A stretch of 64,000 nucleotides of DNA, from sequence record AP025670.1. The stretch is one strand, 5' to 3'. Below, one piece after another: positions 18,948-29,031 of this stretch; the stretch's first letter is position 1; every line of letters begins with the position of its first letter. The stretch comes from a plasmid. The notes below the pieces were generated by a model. That model was given only the letters and a program-made list of their open reading frames with translations. It did no database searches and was not told the origin of the DNA. Both the position numbers and the translations under genes were made by a program.

Positions 18948-19044
18948 TCACCCTTCCTTCTCTGCTTGTTCTGTTACAACAGATTATCTCATCCAAAGTA
19001 AGGGGGTCGAACAGGTGAAGGGATCATAAACAGAAAGTTAAAGT

Positions 19045-19740
19045 TCAGTCTTCAAAGCGACGAACGTATTCAGGACAATCCCAGTGAGCGCATCCGTCGA
19101 AATCATAGGGATTTAATTGCCAGTGGATTTTGCCACATCCCGGACAGTTCCATCGAACCTTACCCGTGAAGTTCGCTTTGCGGCGATTCTCACGCTTTAA
19201 CCACCCCGGCATAACCAACCCTTTAGACTGAATCATCGTCCGGCGGTTAAGGGCATCCACCGCAAACGTCCGGCGCTTAACGACATCTGCAACGGTAAAG
19301 GGTAGCCAGATAGTATCATCGCGGCTCAGGTCAGGCTTACTGTAGATTTTGGCGCGTTCAAAGTCTGTTACTGGGGCACCATCAGCACACAACCAGTACA
19401 GGTCATTACCATCCCAGCGGGATTTTTTAAAGCCAACATATTGCTCGCATCCTTCCACCAGCATTGTTTCAGCCGGGACGTTCTGGCAATCAACGTGATA
19501 AACAGAAAGGGCGCTTATACAGTGCAGGGATACGGGTAAATCAAACGAGCGGGCATGATCCCAATACTTCTGCGCCTCTTCCTTAGTGAACGTGTGCGCT
19601 TTATCAATATTAGTGGTGTAACCTGCGCCATCAACACAATGAAACGACATATTGCTGCCCACGGTGTCTCGCAGCGAAGCCATTAAAAACGTATGGTTGC
19701 CCATTTCCCCATCCTTACATTTGTTCTGAATTTGAGTCAT
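19045..19740 (-). CDS. hypothetical protein with C-terminal Cys4 zinc-ribbon (CPGCG...CAHWDC)
   Basis: 231-aa ORF. A promoter copy at 19744-19773 abuts the first ATG, so the real start may be an internal Met (MGNHTF or MASLRD). Confidence 0.45.
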   Translation of the reverse strand: MTQIQNKCKDGEMGNHTFLMASLRDTVGSNMSFHCVDGAGYTTNIDKAHTFTKEEAQKYWDHARSFDLPVSLHCISALSVYHVDCQNVPAETMLVEGCEQYVGFKKSRWDGNDLYWLCADGAPVTDFERAKIYSKPDLSRDDTIWLPFTVADVVKRRTFAVDALNRRTMIQSKGLVMPGWLKRENRRKANFTGKVRWNCPGCGKIHWQLNPYDFDGCAHWDCPEYVRRFED

Positions 19741-20127
19741 TGATTATGGCATCCGTTGATAACGGGTCGAAGACGCTAAACGATAAAAGACTCATCGCAA
19801 TGATTCTTGGAACCCTAAAGGGGTGGCGGTCGCGTCAACCTTTTCCCCGAAAATTAAACCCCCCGACCGGGAAACAACCGACCTCGCCACTTGGCGCAGG
19901 TCAAAAGAAAAATAAAAGGGTAATGTTTTTGTTCCCATTACCCTGAACGATCAGCGTCGTGGACGCGTGTCGTTGTCCCATGCCGAAGGTTATCACCTCG
20001 GCTATGAGAACATCGTTATCACGACATTGCTACGCACTTTCGGAATGACACAATCTCGCTTTTAAAAGGCAAAAAAAAACAGAACGCTTTGCCCTGTTTT
20101 TGCATTTATTTCTGACGGGTGTTTTTC

Positions 20128-20493
20128 TTAGTAACGACGGCGATTAACCCATGCAATGATGAAACCACTCAGGATTATCACGAGAAAGATAAGGAATTGA
20201 TAACTTCCCTCCCCATACCAAGGACGTTCAGAGAACATTCTCATTTGACGCGCAGCCCCGACAACAGAGCCGAACTGTTCTTTGTCAGCCGCATAGTTGA
20301 GAAGGGGAAGTAACCCAATATAGGCTAACGCTGCTGTTACTGTGTTAACGACTGCTGGAGATAAAAAATCATTTAAAAATGAGTGTCTGCTCATGTGATA
20401 GTAGACGAACAGAGCAATAGCAGCCCCCCAGATAACAATCGAGAAGATTGTTGCGGTGTAAAATTTCATATTATCAATAAGGTTGTCGAACAT
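20128..20493 (-). CDS. small membrane protein
   Basis: 121 aa with 3 hydrophobic helices. Confidence 0.4.
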   Translation of the reverse strand: MFDNLIDNMKFYTATIFSIVIWGAAIALFVYYHMSRHSFLNDFLSPAVVNTVTAALAYIGLLPLLNYAADKEQFGSVVGAARQMRMFSERPWYGEGSYQFLIFLVIILSGFIIAWVNRRRY

Positions 20494-20529
20494 GTGTTTT
20501 CCTTCTCCAATTTTAAAACCAAGTAAATG

Positions 20530-20823
20530 TCAGTCGTTTTCTGCTGCTTTTGCTATGCAGGATTCATGTGCATAAACCCCGCCGTAGGTATGCTCAATGT
20601 AGACAGTACCATTGGCGCGTACCATTTCCCTCCCCACGCGGGAATGAAAAGCTTCCGTCATATGCTGATCGCAAATCTCACAGTTACCGAGATGAGCGCT
20701 GCTTAGCCGGGTAGTTCTGGTGATACGAACGAGTTTCCCAGTATGGCGCGGCACCATCCGGCGCACAGAGGGCAGGGTAGAGGTATTATCGGTCGAGATT
20801 ATTGGGGCGTTAGGCGTTGTCAT
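20530..20823 (-). CDS. hypothetical protein
   Basis: 97-aa ORF, 5 bp downstream of the 20829..21206 gene. Confidence 0.4.
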   Translation of the reverse strand: MTTPNAPIISTDNTSTLPSVRRMVPRHTGKLVRITRTTRLSSAHLGNCEICDQHMTEAFHSRVGREMVRANGTVYIEHTYGGVYAHESCIAKAAEND

Positions 20824-20828
20824 TACTC

Positions 20829-21206
20829 TTATCCTTCTTTTGCTTCTTCTGCTGCGATCTCATCATCAATTTTCATGAGTATTCTGGCGAACTCCCTTTC
20901 AAGCTCACGGCGCAATGCACCCAGAGCACGCTTACGACTGGAGTATAGAGAGATACCATCACGAGACACGCCACCAAACGTGTTCGCTGGTGGTGGGGCT
21001 TTGCCCTCGCCATGCTTTGACCGGGTAGACCATGCTGTTTTAATCGAAATCATGCTTTCAGTAAAAGATGGTTTTCTGTAATCGTACCCAGTTATCAACT
21101 CGCTTCCCGGTGCCAGATCCTTAGAAGTAGGATGGTCAGTGAAGCGCAGGGCGCGATAGCTCCGGGCTTCTTCAAACGCTTCTTTCTCTTTCTTATTCAT
21201 TGCCAT
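20829..21206 (-). CDS. hypothetical protein
   Basis: The start is taken at MAMNKKEKE, which follows a GGGGGGAG ribosome-binding site. A promoter copy lies at 21241-21272. Confidence 0.4.
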   Translation of the reverse strand: MAMNKKEKEAFEEARSYRALRFTDHPTSKDLAPGSELITGYDYRKPSFTESMISIKTAWSTRSKHGEGKAPPPANTFGGVSRDGISLYSSRKRALGALRRELEREFARILMKIDDEIAAEEAKEG

Positions 21207-21280
21207 GACAGGCTCCCCCCCATCGTCTGTAAAGTACAGAAAGGCTAACATGTCAACGAAGGGGGCCGAAGCGTTTCAGA

Positions 21281-21380
21281 GGAAATAACAGGTGAAATTT
21301 ACAGGATTTCACGATGAAATCCGATAGATTAATTACTTTAAATCAGTTAGTTACGATTGTTTTCATTACAGGATAAATCA
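21281..21380. repeat. parS-like centromere copy B: palindrome GGATTTCA-CGA-TGAAATCC
   Basis: This is a homolog of copy A at 13141-13250 and shares the flanking ATTTACAGGATTTCA...TTAAT.ACT.AAATCAGT...TCATTACAGGATAA. It lies about 8 kb from parAB and about 20 bp above (plus-strand) the promoter copy at 21265-21270. Confidence 0.5.
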
Positions 21381-21404
21381 TCGCGTCAATTACGGCATAG
21401 TCAG

Positions 21405-21686
21405 TCATGGCCGATCCTTCATTTCATCCGGGTCTTCAATAGCAGCAAGTTGTTGCGGTGTTCTGTAGTCGCCACTCCATCCTATCCAGACAGATGGATC
21501 CCCTTCATTGGTCAACTCTTTGTTTCCATCTAAGCTGTCAGGAGAACGACGCTGTACAGTTTTACATGCTTTCACCAGATCAGCTTCTGCAACGTATGCC
21601 GAACATATGGTTTCATACCCGGCGATAACAACCTCTGAATCCTGATCATAATCTTGCAATAATTTAATAAGTTCTTTTACTTTCAT
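21405..21686 (-). CDS. small acidic hypothetical protein
   Basis: The start is taken at MKVKELIK, which has an AAGG ribosome-binding site. About 20% of residues are Asp or Glu. Confidence 0.4.
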   Translation of the reverse strand: MKVKELIKLLQDYDQDSEVVIAGYETICSAYVAEADLVKACKTVQRRSPDSLDGNKELTNEGDPSVWIGWSGDYRTPQQLAAIEDPDEMKDRP

Positions 21687-21767
21687 TGCCTTAACCTTTC
21701 TCGATATTTGATGCATTAATAAGTTGTGTCTGCTCAACACAGTCTATAACGAATATTTTTGTCCATG

Positions 21768-22511
21768 TTAGTTATTGATGTACCGGTTAAGATCGGCGCG
21801 GGTAATGGAGTAGATATACTGCCATCCCTCGCCGTGGGCTGTAGCATAATCCAACTCAGGCAATACGGCATACCTTGAGTTGAATTGCAGGAAGTGTGCC
21901 AGCTCATGAGCCACCAGCGCTTTGACATGATTTAGGCGGTTCAGCGAAAAGAAACAGCCTATTAAGGGGGATTGGCGAACGTGCTGGTACTCCCAAAAGG
22001 TGTATCCGAAGTAGTCGGACTCAGGGCGATACAGATATCCCGGCGAAATGGTTATCCGGTTACGACTACCCCATGAAGTTTTTGTGTGCCAGCGTGTCCT
22101 GATTTTCGGGGCCGGGCCAGTGTACTGATGACTCTTGCGAAATCGCGACAGCAGGTGCCCGGCGTAAAACTCCACCAGCGACTCTACATGCTCAATTCTC
22201 TTTTGCCCGAAGTTCGCTATGACTGCATCCCGCGCCTCTCTCGCACCATTGCTTTTCAGTGGTACAGCTGGTGGCATTTTGAGGTCGATAACATCGAAGT
22301 GAAATTCATCTTCAAAGTCACCTTCCGGGGTATCAAGGTGAACGATCACCTCGTTAAGCGGCCCGTAGCGCTCAAGCAGGGCTGGGATACTCTTCACCTC
22401 CCGGCTATCAAGCAAATCATCCGCGCCGGGCACATCGAGCCAGAGAAAGCTGCCTTTCGGGATTGTTCTGTACTGCCTGATGTTGCTGGCAATAGCCTGA
22501 TGGATACTCAT
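21768..22511 (-). CDS. putative Zn-metallopeptidase (HExxH; SprT/ImmA-like)
   Basis: 247 aa with a C-terminal VAHELAHFLQF motif. Confidence 0.45.
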   Translation of the reverse strand: MSIHQAIASNIRQYRTIPKGSFLWLDVPGADDLLDSREVKSIPALLERYGPLNEVIVHLDTPEGDFEDEFHFDVIDLKMPPAVPLKSNGAREARDAVIANFGQKRIEHVESLVEFYAGHLLSRFRKSHQYTGPAPKIRTRWHTKTSWGSRNRITISPGYLYRPESDYFGYTFWEYQHVRQSPLIGCFFSLNRLNHVKALVAHELAHFLQFNSRYAVLPELDYATAHGEGWQYIYSITRADLNRYINN

Positions 22512-22514
22512 GAA

Positions 22515-22943
22515 TTAGTTCTCCGGTGTTGCTGACAGACTATCAGCAGGCCAGCATTCATCAATGCGCTCATGCAGGCAGATAAACACACTGTTATCTG
22601 CCATTAGCACAAAATCCAATTCGTTAGCAGTATCCTCTTTAGTCAAAACACGTTTGAGAAACACTGGTTCGCCATTGAACATGACTAACGTCCGAGTCGG
22701 CATATCGATCTGCTTTTCATAACCGACAATAGCGACCTGACTCGTCTGAGGAATACGTGCAACTTCCTCACGGATACCTTGCGGCTGATAATCTTCATTA
22801 TCCGTTAACGACAGGATATTGAAGTAATCGGGATCGCTTGTCAGCTTTTCGTTTGTGGTACTCAAAAAAACAAATGCAGTTGCAATGAGCAGTACAACAC
22901 TGAGAACAAATGACCATTCCTTGATGTTTTTTTTCATGCTCAA
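22515..22943 (-). CDS. membrane-anchored/exported hypothetical protein
   Basis: 142 aa with an N-terminal hydrophobic anchor. Confidence 0.4.
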   Translation of the reverse strand: MSMKKNIKEWSFVLSVVLLIATAFVFLSTTNEKLTSDPDYFNILSLTDNEDYQPQGIREEVARIPQTSQVAIVGYEKQIDMPTRTLVMFNGEPVFLKRVLTKEDTANELDFVLMADNSVFICLHERIDECWPADSLSATPEN

Positions 22944-23368
22944 TCCCTTATCTGCATTGTCTTTGCTGCTGATTTCCCGGCATCAGTTAGTTTAACCGGG
23001 TAGAAAGTGGTTCGGCTTTTCTCACCCTCGCAGGCGTATGCCACCAGCCCGAGACGCAAAAGCACAGGGATAGACGGTGCGGCGATGTCATTTGTTACGA
23101 ACCGGGTTCTGATACATGGCCTACACTCCAAAGCCTTTTTACCGTCCCCCCTTAGCTTGTACGACGCCCCACTGGATAGACGACGCAGCGTGTAAATTTG
23201 CGCGTTACTCAGCTGTTTCACGGATAAGCCTCTGGATTTCTTTTTTAGCCAGCTGGCGAGCACGATGCTTGTCTGCACGCATGACATCACCGTAGGCATT
23301 GCCTTTTCGGTATCCGCGACGACGGCACTTATGACAGGTACAGCCATTAACAGAATAGGATTGACCAA
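22940..23368 (-). CDS. hypothetical protein (uncertain frame; an alternative 57-aa zinc-ribbon ORF, MEPFGQSYSVNGCTCHKCRRRGYRKGNAYGDVMRADKHRARQLAKKEIQRLIRETAE, starts at the ATG at 23368)
   Basis: The listed 142-aa ORF starts at a TTG. The overlapping ATG-initiated small ORF looks more protein-like. Confidence 0.25.
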   Translation of the reverse strand: MVNPILLMAVPVISAVVADTEKAMPTVMSCVQTSIVLASWLKKKSRGLSVKQLSNAQIYTLRRLSSGASYKLRGDGKKALECRPCIRTRFVTNDIAAPSIPVLLRLGLVAYACEGEKSRTTFYPVKLTDAGKSAAKTMQIRD

Positions 23369-23442
23369 ATGGTTCCATGTTTACCCCCCGATTAACATGA
23401 CAGGCTGGTGGAGCGGTTCAGGCCACCAGCCATAGGACTGTT

Positions 23443-23961
23443 TTAGTCCTGATTGAAATTATGTTGCAGCCCGTAAGTTTCCCGCAGGAATTGAAGTTGC
23501 GCTTCCAGATCATTAATGCGCTTTTGTTGCACGTTCCACGCCAACCCGACGTTGGTACACACATCCGGGTCTTTAGCGTGGCAATGCGGGCAATGTATGC
23601 CGTATTCATCACTGACTTGGTTTCCTTCATAGGATTCATAGCTGGGATACACGGCAAGGCAGCTGGGGCACTCAACGATATGGGCCTCTCCCTTATAATC
23701 ATCAGACACATAGCGATGTAAAAACCCTGCATTGGTATTGCGCTTCTCAAAATCGTTTTGCGTATCGCTTTCAGATTTAGACTTAGCTTCTCCTTCTCCG
23801 GGCTTGAATGCTTTCCTCAGTACCTGCAACGGAGGAAGGACAGCCGCAGAGTCAGAGTTATCTTCATCGTTATCAAAAATGATATCGGTGCCCTGATCAA
23901 CGTTAGCGTTTAGCCAGTCGATCATCACATCCAGCGCTTGTAATGGGGTTAATGCAGACAT
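23443..23961 (-). CDS. hypothetical protein with CPSC...CPHCH zinc-finger
   Basis: 172 aa. A promoter copy lies at 23987-24023. Confidence 0.45.
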   Translation of the reverse strand: MSALTPLQALDVMIDWLNANVDQGTDIIFDNDEDNSDSAAVLPPLQVLRKAFKPGEGEAKSKSESDTQNDFEKRNTNAGFLHRYVSDDYKGEAHIVECPSCLAVYPSYESYEGNQVSDEYGIHCPHCHAKDPDVCTNVGLAWNVQQKRINDLEAQLQFLRETYGLQHNFNQD

Positions 23962-24054
23962 CTTTTGCCTCTCAATTCGTCGTTTAATAAAACTATTAAA
24001 ACATCCGTTCCGGGGAGGCCGAAGTCATCCGGGGGTAAAAAATCTCACACAGGG

Positions 24055-24609
24055 TCATTTATTTTTCATTCGCCAGAACAGGGCCGCGAGGCAACGAAGG
24101 TTGTCGTGTTGCCTTGTCAGCTTCTTGGCGTAACGACGATGGTGGGGAGCGCTTTGCTGGATAAGCCCGCTCTCAATGAGCCGGATGATGAGGCGGCATT
24201 TCCATACAGAATGTATCGCGTTGGTAATGATGGCCATCCCTGATACGACCACTAGCACAAGGCCCGAAAGTTCCGGGTACACAGGGCACACCACCGCATA
24301 GACGAAAAACAGTTTTAGGTTCGTCACTCCAGCAGAGTACAGTACCACCGCAGGCTCACTGACCGACGCGCTGAGCGCGTGACTGTCTGCATTCAATATC
24401 TGTCTTAACGTCAGAAGTACCGAAGGGATCACGCAGAAGAGCATTAGGCCCGCGCCTGTAAAAATGAGAGCAATAGATTGCCCGAGGAATCCATTCATGA
24501 TTAACCCATACATAACGTCAAATTCGCTGCATACAGAGTTAACACAGGGTAGGGCAAGGTCGAAGTATCTGGCTGGTGGGTGAGGCCGTACCGGGCGATA
24601 CAGCCTCAT
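24055..24609 (-). CDS. membrane protein, hypothetical
   Basis: 184 aa with 4-5 transmembrane segments. Confidence 0.4.
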   Translation of the reverse strand: MRLYRPVRPHPPARYFDLALPCVNSVCSEFDVMYGLIMNGFLGQSIALIFTGAGLMLFCVIPSVLLTLRQILNADSHALSASVSEPAVVLYSAGVTNLKLFFVYAVVCPVYPELSGLVLVVVSGMAIITNAIHSVWKCRLIIRLIESGLIQQSAPHHRRYAKKLTRQHDNLRCLAALFWRMKNK

Positions 24610-24620
24610 TTAAAGGGGTA

Positions 24621-24950
24621 CTACGACTGGTCTGCGATTTCCTCAGCCAATTCGGTTGCCGCGATCAGGGCATCTTCAAGGTTATTGGTGTTATCAGAGA
24701 TAACGTCCCAGCCGCTATTGCCGTAAACGAGATGTACCCAGCCTACATGCTTACCATCACTGTCGTAGGCGTAAAGAAACTCTTCATCAGTAGAGAACAT
24801 TGCTTCCATGATGCTGCTAACGTTGTCTGTTACCTCCGTTACCAGTTCTTCACCGTCATAAACGGCGATACCGAATCCGGCATCCACCAGCCCCTGAGCC
24901 GCAGTTTCTACAATCCGGCGTTCAACAATTTGTTTTTCCTGAATATCCAT
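24621..24950 (-). CDS. very acidic small protein (109 aa, about 25% D/E, 4 basic residues)
   Basis: Composition was read from the translation. It lies downstream of the ParB-like gene in the same operon. Confidence 0.5.
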   Translation of the reverse strand: MDIQEKQIVERRIVETAAQGLVDAGFGIAVYDGEELVTEVTDNVSSIMEAMFSTDEEFLYAYDSDGKHVGWVHLVYGNSGWDVISDNTNNLEDALIAATELAEEIADQS

Positions 24951-25051
24951 TGCTGCATCCTTTGATGTCAGTTAGTGAGTCGGTGAAACTTTTTACGCGA
25001 TGACAAATCCCCCCTACCTGTTAGGCAGTAAGGGGGGGAGGGGATAGGGAT

Positions 25052-26119
25052 TCAAGCCGCTCCTGTTTCGGTGGCTGTGTTATCTTCGCCAGCATCAGCA
25101 TCAGCATCAGTATCTGTTTTCTGATTTGCTTCATACTGCTCAAGGATAGCCAGCAGCATTCGGGCAGCATCAGCCGGGATATTAATGCTCACATCATCCG
25201 GGTCTTTCGTGTCTTCCGTTTTCACACGTTCGATCTGCAAACGGATTTGATTGCTGGCTGGCAGCAGAGAGGTGAAGGTTTCACGGATAGCCTTTGGTTT
25301 CACGGTGACTTTTTTAGACTTCACAAAACGCGCCGTAACCTTGTCCTTACCTGCTTTCTTCGCTTCACCCAGAGAGGCCATCAGCTCTTCGTAAACGTTA
25401 CGCTCAGTGCCCTTGCACTCCACCAGCAGGTTGATAGCGACGTCAGCAGAAACTTTGTCCTCGCGAACCAACTCCTTAACGTTTTCCTCTGCCTCAACCA
25501 GAATTAGAGAGCGGCGAACGGTCTGGATGTTATTACCTGAGCCCGCCGCTATTTCTTCAATGGAGAGATTCCAGCCACGAAGACGACGGAAACCTTCTGC
25601 ACGTTCGATAGGTTTCAGAGCCAGTCCCTGAGCGCTCTTGAGCATCTCAAACACTTCACCGGCAGAGTTACCTGTGTATTCTTCAATCGGCAGTGAAGCA
25701 ATCTTCGCACCAGCTTGAATCGCAGCCATCAGGCCAGCAAAACGGTGGTGCCCGTCAATGATCTTGAGTCGCGTCACGCCATTAAGAATAACGGCTTTAA
25801 CCAAGATTGGTGGGATTCGATCCCCACGCATCCACATCCCTTTGAACATTTCCACCTGCTCAAGATTGAGGTTGCGCAGGTTAAAACCGACTTCAACATA
25901 CAGCCATGCAGGAGAAACGTTGTACCCGTTGTTACGTCCCACACTGGCCTCATCAAACAGAACGGTAGAATTTTCCTTTTTCACTTTCGCCAACAAATCG
26001 CTGATCTGACGAAGTGAAGTAGGTTTTTTTTCCATTTCCGCCATTTTTACTGCCAGCTCACCCAAAGCTGAGTTGTCCTGAGATTTAACAAAAATTTCCT
26101 GTACGTTGATGTCGCTCAT
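25052..26119 (-). CDS. ParB-like nuclease-domain protein (ParB/Srx N-terminal domain, not part of the parAB module)
   Basis: 355 aa with the ParB/Srx-fold signature LKIIDGHHRFAGLMAA. It is a paralog of the 43040..44086 gene. A promoter copy lies at 26196-26201. Confidence 0.6.
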   Translation of the reverse strand: MSDINVQEIFVKSQDNSALGELAVKMAEMEKKPTSLRQISDLLAKVKKENSTVLFDEASVGRNNGYNVSPAWLYVEVGFNLRNLNLEQVEMFKGMWMRGDRIPPILVKAVILNGVTRLKIIDGHHRFAGLMAAIQAGAKIASLPIEEYTGNSAGEVFEMLKSAQGLALKPIERAEGFRRLRGWNLSIEEIAAGSGNNIQTVRRSLILVEAEENVKELVREDKVSADVAINLLVECKGTERNVYEELMASLGEAKKAGKDKVTARFVKSKKVTVKPKAIRETFTSLLPASNQIRLQIERVKTEDTKDPDDVSINIPADAARMLLAILEQYEANQKTDTDADADAGEDNTATETGAA

Positions 26120-26394
26120 TGTCTTGCCTCCGATGCGGTTAAAAAATGTTTTGTGTGTGTTGCTGTAGTTCTAGTAAACCACGCTGCCGACAGAGGTCGA
26201 ATAGCAAAACTGAAAAAAAACGTTTTTTATTCACTTTTTTTTCAATCCCAGAAGCGACGGGCTCAACAGGCAGATTTGATGAAGAAAAAGCGAAAATGGC
26301 GATAAAAAAAAGACCGCTATCAAAAAAGAAAGCGATCTCAATGAATAAAAACTGTTTTTCTAACCCCGCAACAATGACACGCTGGGGATACACT

Positions 26395-26685
26395 TTACTT
26401 TTCTTTCTGCATCATAACGGCAAGTTGTCGCACTACAGCACGCAGGGCCGCATCATCAGCGATCACCGGGGGAAGGCCAGCCACAATACTGTCAGAGGCG
26501 TAGATGTTGCCGTGCCACTCAAGCTGGTGGCCTGACACCTGATAGCTGAATAGCCACTCGCTTTCCTCTTCAAGTTCCCAGAAGCACAGCAATGTCCCAT
26601 CATCATGCCCGATGCCTTCGGAAAAGGTCAGATCGATACCCCGGCTTTTTGCCATATTGTGAGTCGTTTTGCTGATAGTGAACAT
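26395..26685 (-). CDS. hypothetical protein
   Basis: 96 aa. A promoter copy lies at 26711-26741. Confidence 0.4.
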   Translation of the reverse strand: MFTISKTTHNMAKSRGIDLTFSEGIGHDDGTLLCFWELEEESEWLFSYQVSGHQLEWHGNIYASDSIVAGLPPVIADDAALRAVVRQLAVMMQKEK

Positions 26686-26874
26686 GCTTTACCCCGTACT
26701 GTGAGCTACTGTTTGATAAAACAATTATCTCACGCTTTCGGGAGTGTCGAAGTCTAAGGAAAACCATCAAGATGAGGGGGAGGGAGTGGGGTAGATACCG
26801 AGGGGGCGAACATAAAGTGATGTACGCCCTTTGAGTATTATGCGTATTCTAACAGCTTCAATAACACTTTTTCG

Positions 26875-27189
26875 TTAAGCGCCCATAGAACGTTCATAGG
26901 CTTGTTCTCTTCTCAGTTCATTTTCAATACGCGCATCTCTACGCAGTTCCACAAGCTTACGTTTCTCCGCAAAGTTCATACGGGACACGTCCGGCAGTTT
27001 AACCGACCCACGGCCTTTACAGACGCTACAAGTGACATCAAACCGACCATCCATGTAGTTCTGACGGTCTTCAAGATCCCATTCGTTCCACTCGCTTGCC
27101 GTAATGCCATTAGCAAACGCCTCATGGCCCGTTTTGCCTTCGCCATCGCAGTTACCGCAGATAGCCCAATAGTAGTGAGAAAACTCCAT
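26875..27189 (-). CDS. zinc-ribbon hypothetical protein (CGNCDG...CSVCKGRG)
   Basis: 104 aa. A promoter copy lies at 27313-27338. Confidence 0.4.
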   Translation of the reverse strand: MEFSHYYWAICGNCDGEGKTGHEAFANGITASEWNEWDLEDRQNYMDGRFDVTCSVCKGRGSVKLPDVSRMNFAEKRKLVELRRDARIENELRREQAYERSMGA

Positions 27190-27496
27190 ACAACCCCCAT
27201 AGAAACGTTATCTGAGCAATACCTTTACTTTGGCACGTATGTCTGCCAGTTCGTTTACACTGACCGTGGACGTCATGGTGGATTCGACAACCCCACCAGC
27301 AGGGAAACTATTCTATGACTATTCAGAGGAAGGCCGAAGCCCGGTAATACCTACAATAAGGTAAATATCCACGGATCTGAATACTGTAAGTTAAGGCAAA
27401 GGTGCGCTGAATAGCAAAGAGGGAGTATTCAATACCCCAGAGTCAGGGGAAGAAGCACCGCCAATTGAGGGCCAGACAGGATAAAGAGGAAGTCGG

Positions 27497-28012
27497 TTAT
27501 TCTAATCCCTGCGAGTACAGCTGATATCTGCATTCACGTTTGAAGTGCTCAGGCTCACCGAGATAAATAAACCATGCACGGCTTATCTTTAGTTCACTGG
27601 CTACGCTGATAGCGTCATCCAGTCTTTGTATCGCAAAAGCCACGCCGCGATTTTTGAACTCATCAGCACACGCTAAGAGACTGTCTTTGTCGAAATATAT
27701 TGTCTCGTCTATACCCACTGGGCCAGCAGGCACATATTCGGTACTGAACATAGCGGGCATTTCCCAGTCCTGAGCAACCATCAGCTCTCGTGCATCGGTC
27801 ACGCGTCCGGGAAGGGCACTGTTCAGCATGAGTGATTTACCCACCCCCGGCTGTCCAACCAGAAACACCGGGATACCCATTCGCACAGAAAACCGGATAG
27901 CGATATCTAGCAAGCGACGTTTCAGCGCCATCTTGTTGCTGAACTGCTTGTAATTTACCCGTGGCATGTTCACCACATGGAATTTCGCATCTTTCACACA
28001 AATTGTACGCAT
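27497..28012 (-). CDS. P-loop NTPase (GTPase-like, GQPGVGKSLMLNSAL)
   Basis: Walker A / G1 motif. The start is taken at MRTICVK, which follows a GAGGGG ribosome-binding site. Confidence 0.4.
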   Translation of the reverse strand: MRTICVKDAKFHVVNMPRVNYKQFSNKMALKRRLLDIAIRFSVRMGIPVFLVGQPGVGKSLMLNSALPGRVTDARELMVAQDWEMPAMFSTEYVPAGPVGIDETIYFDKDSLLACADEFKNRGVAFAIQRLDDAISVASELKISRAWFIYLGEPEHFKRECRYQLYSQGLE

Positions 28013-28291
28013 CGCAAAACACCCCTCTGACAGTATCGCCCGCCACCGTTCTCGTGGGCCGCATGGTAAAACGAGATATTTTACCTTAATGAGAACCCTA
28101 ACGACAGACATCCAGCCCTTATCACTGTTTACCAACACACTACCGATGCACGGTAAGTGCGGTATGTACGACTGACGCGCTACGCTTGTCCAACCGCTGC
28201 CGGGCAATGAAAGATGATTCCATTCATTACCCGTCAACGGTTCCCTAATTACCCCTCAATCAACCCGCGCATACCCGCAACGTAAGCTTTT

Positions 28292-29014
28292 TCAGCCTTG
28301 ATCAGTTTCATCAGTCACCTTCTGATTAAGTCCCAGAACGGCATCAGCCAGTACCCGTGGGTCTGCACCGCGCTGGTGGAGCATCATGGCAAAAACGGCA
28401 ATGTCTTCAAACGTACCCGCGTTACCTTTCAGCAAATGAGCCACCAGCTGCTCTGCCAGCAGCGTATCACTGCAATGCGTCCGGGACTCCCAGCCACCGC
28501 GCCCCTTAGCCCGTGACTTTGCCAGCTTCGCCTTACATGCCATAGCAAACGCATCAAAACAGATATCATCGCTATGCTGTACCCGGCGAGTAACACCATC
28601 AGAAGTTACTGTGTCACTTTTTGAATTCGAGATAATCGTTAGCAAACGCGAGATAACCGCAGAAGAACGGGCCGCATATTCAGAAACCGAGACATCAGTA
28701 CCGGTGTCCATGCCATCGAGCTCAAAACGCAGGTCGATTGTGTCACAGTCAATGTCACCATGATCGAGACTGCCTATCTGTTCCAAAACAAACAGGCATT
28801 GTCGGGCTTCATTCAGACACGCCAAATCAAGGGCTGGTGGAGGGGCATAAGCTGTCTTTACCAGAATGCGCTTTTCCCACTTCTCCGGGTCATGCAGGGG
28901 AGTATGAAACTCCGCCTCGCTCACCTCGACCCATTCAGCCTGTTCTTTAGAGCCATCAAGAAGGCGCACCTGAAAAACAGCACCAGCCACAGACTCAATT
29001 TTTTGTTCAGTCAT
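28292..29014 (-). CDS. hypothetical protein
   Basis: 240-aa ORF, 18 bp downstream of the 29032..29469 gene. Confidence 0.4.
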   Translation of the reverse strand: MTEQKIESVAGAVFQVRLLDGSKEQAEWVEVSEAEFHTPLHDPEKWEKRILVKTAYAPPPALDLACLNEARQCLFVLEQIGSLDHGDIDCDTIDLRFELDGMDTGTDVSVSEYAARSSAVISRLLTIISNSKSDTVTSDGVTRRVQHSDDICFDAFAMACKAKLAKSRAKGRGGWESRTHCSDTLLAEQLVAHLLKGNAGTFEDIAVFAMMLHQRGADPRVLADAVLGLNQKVTDETDQG

Positions 29015-29031
29015 ATCCCCCCCGGATAAAA

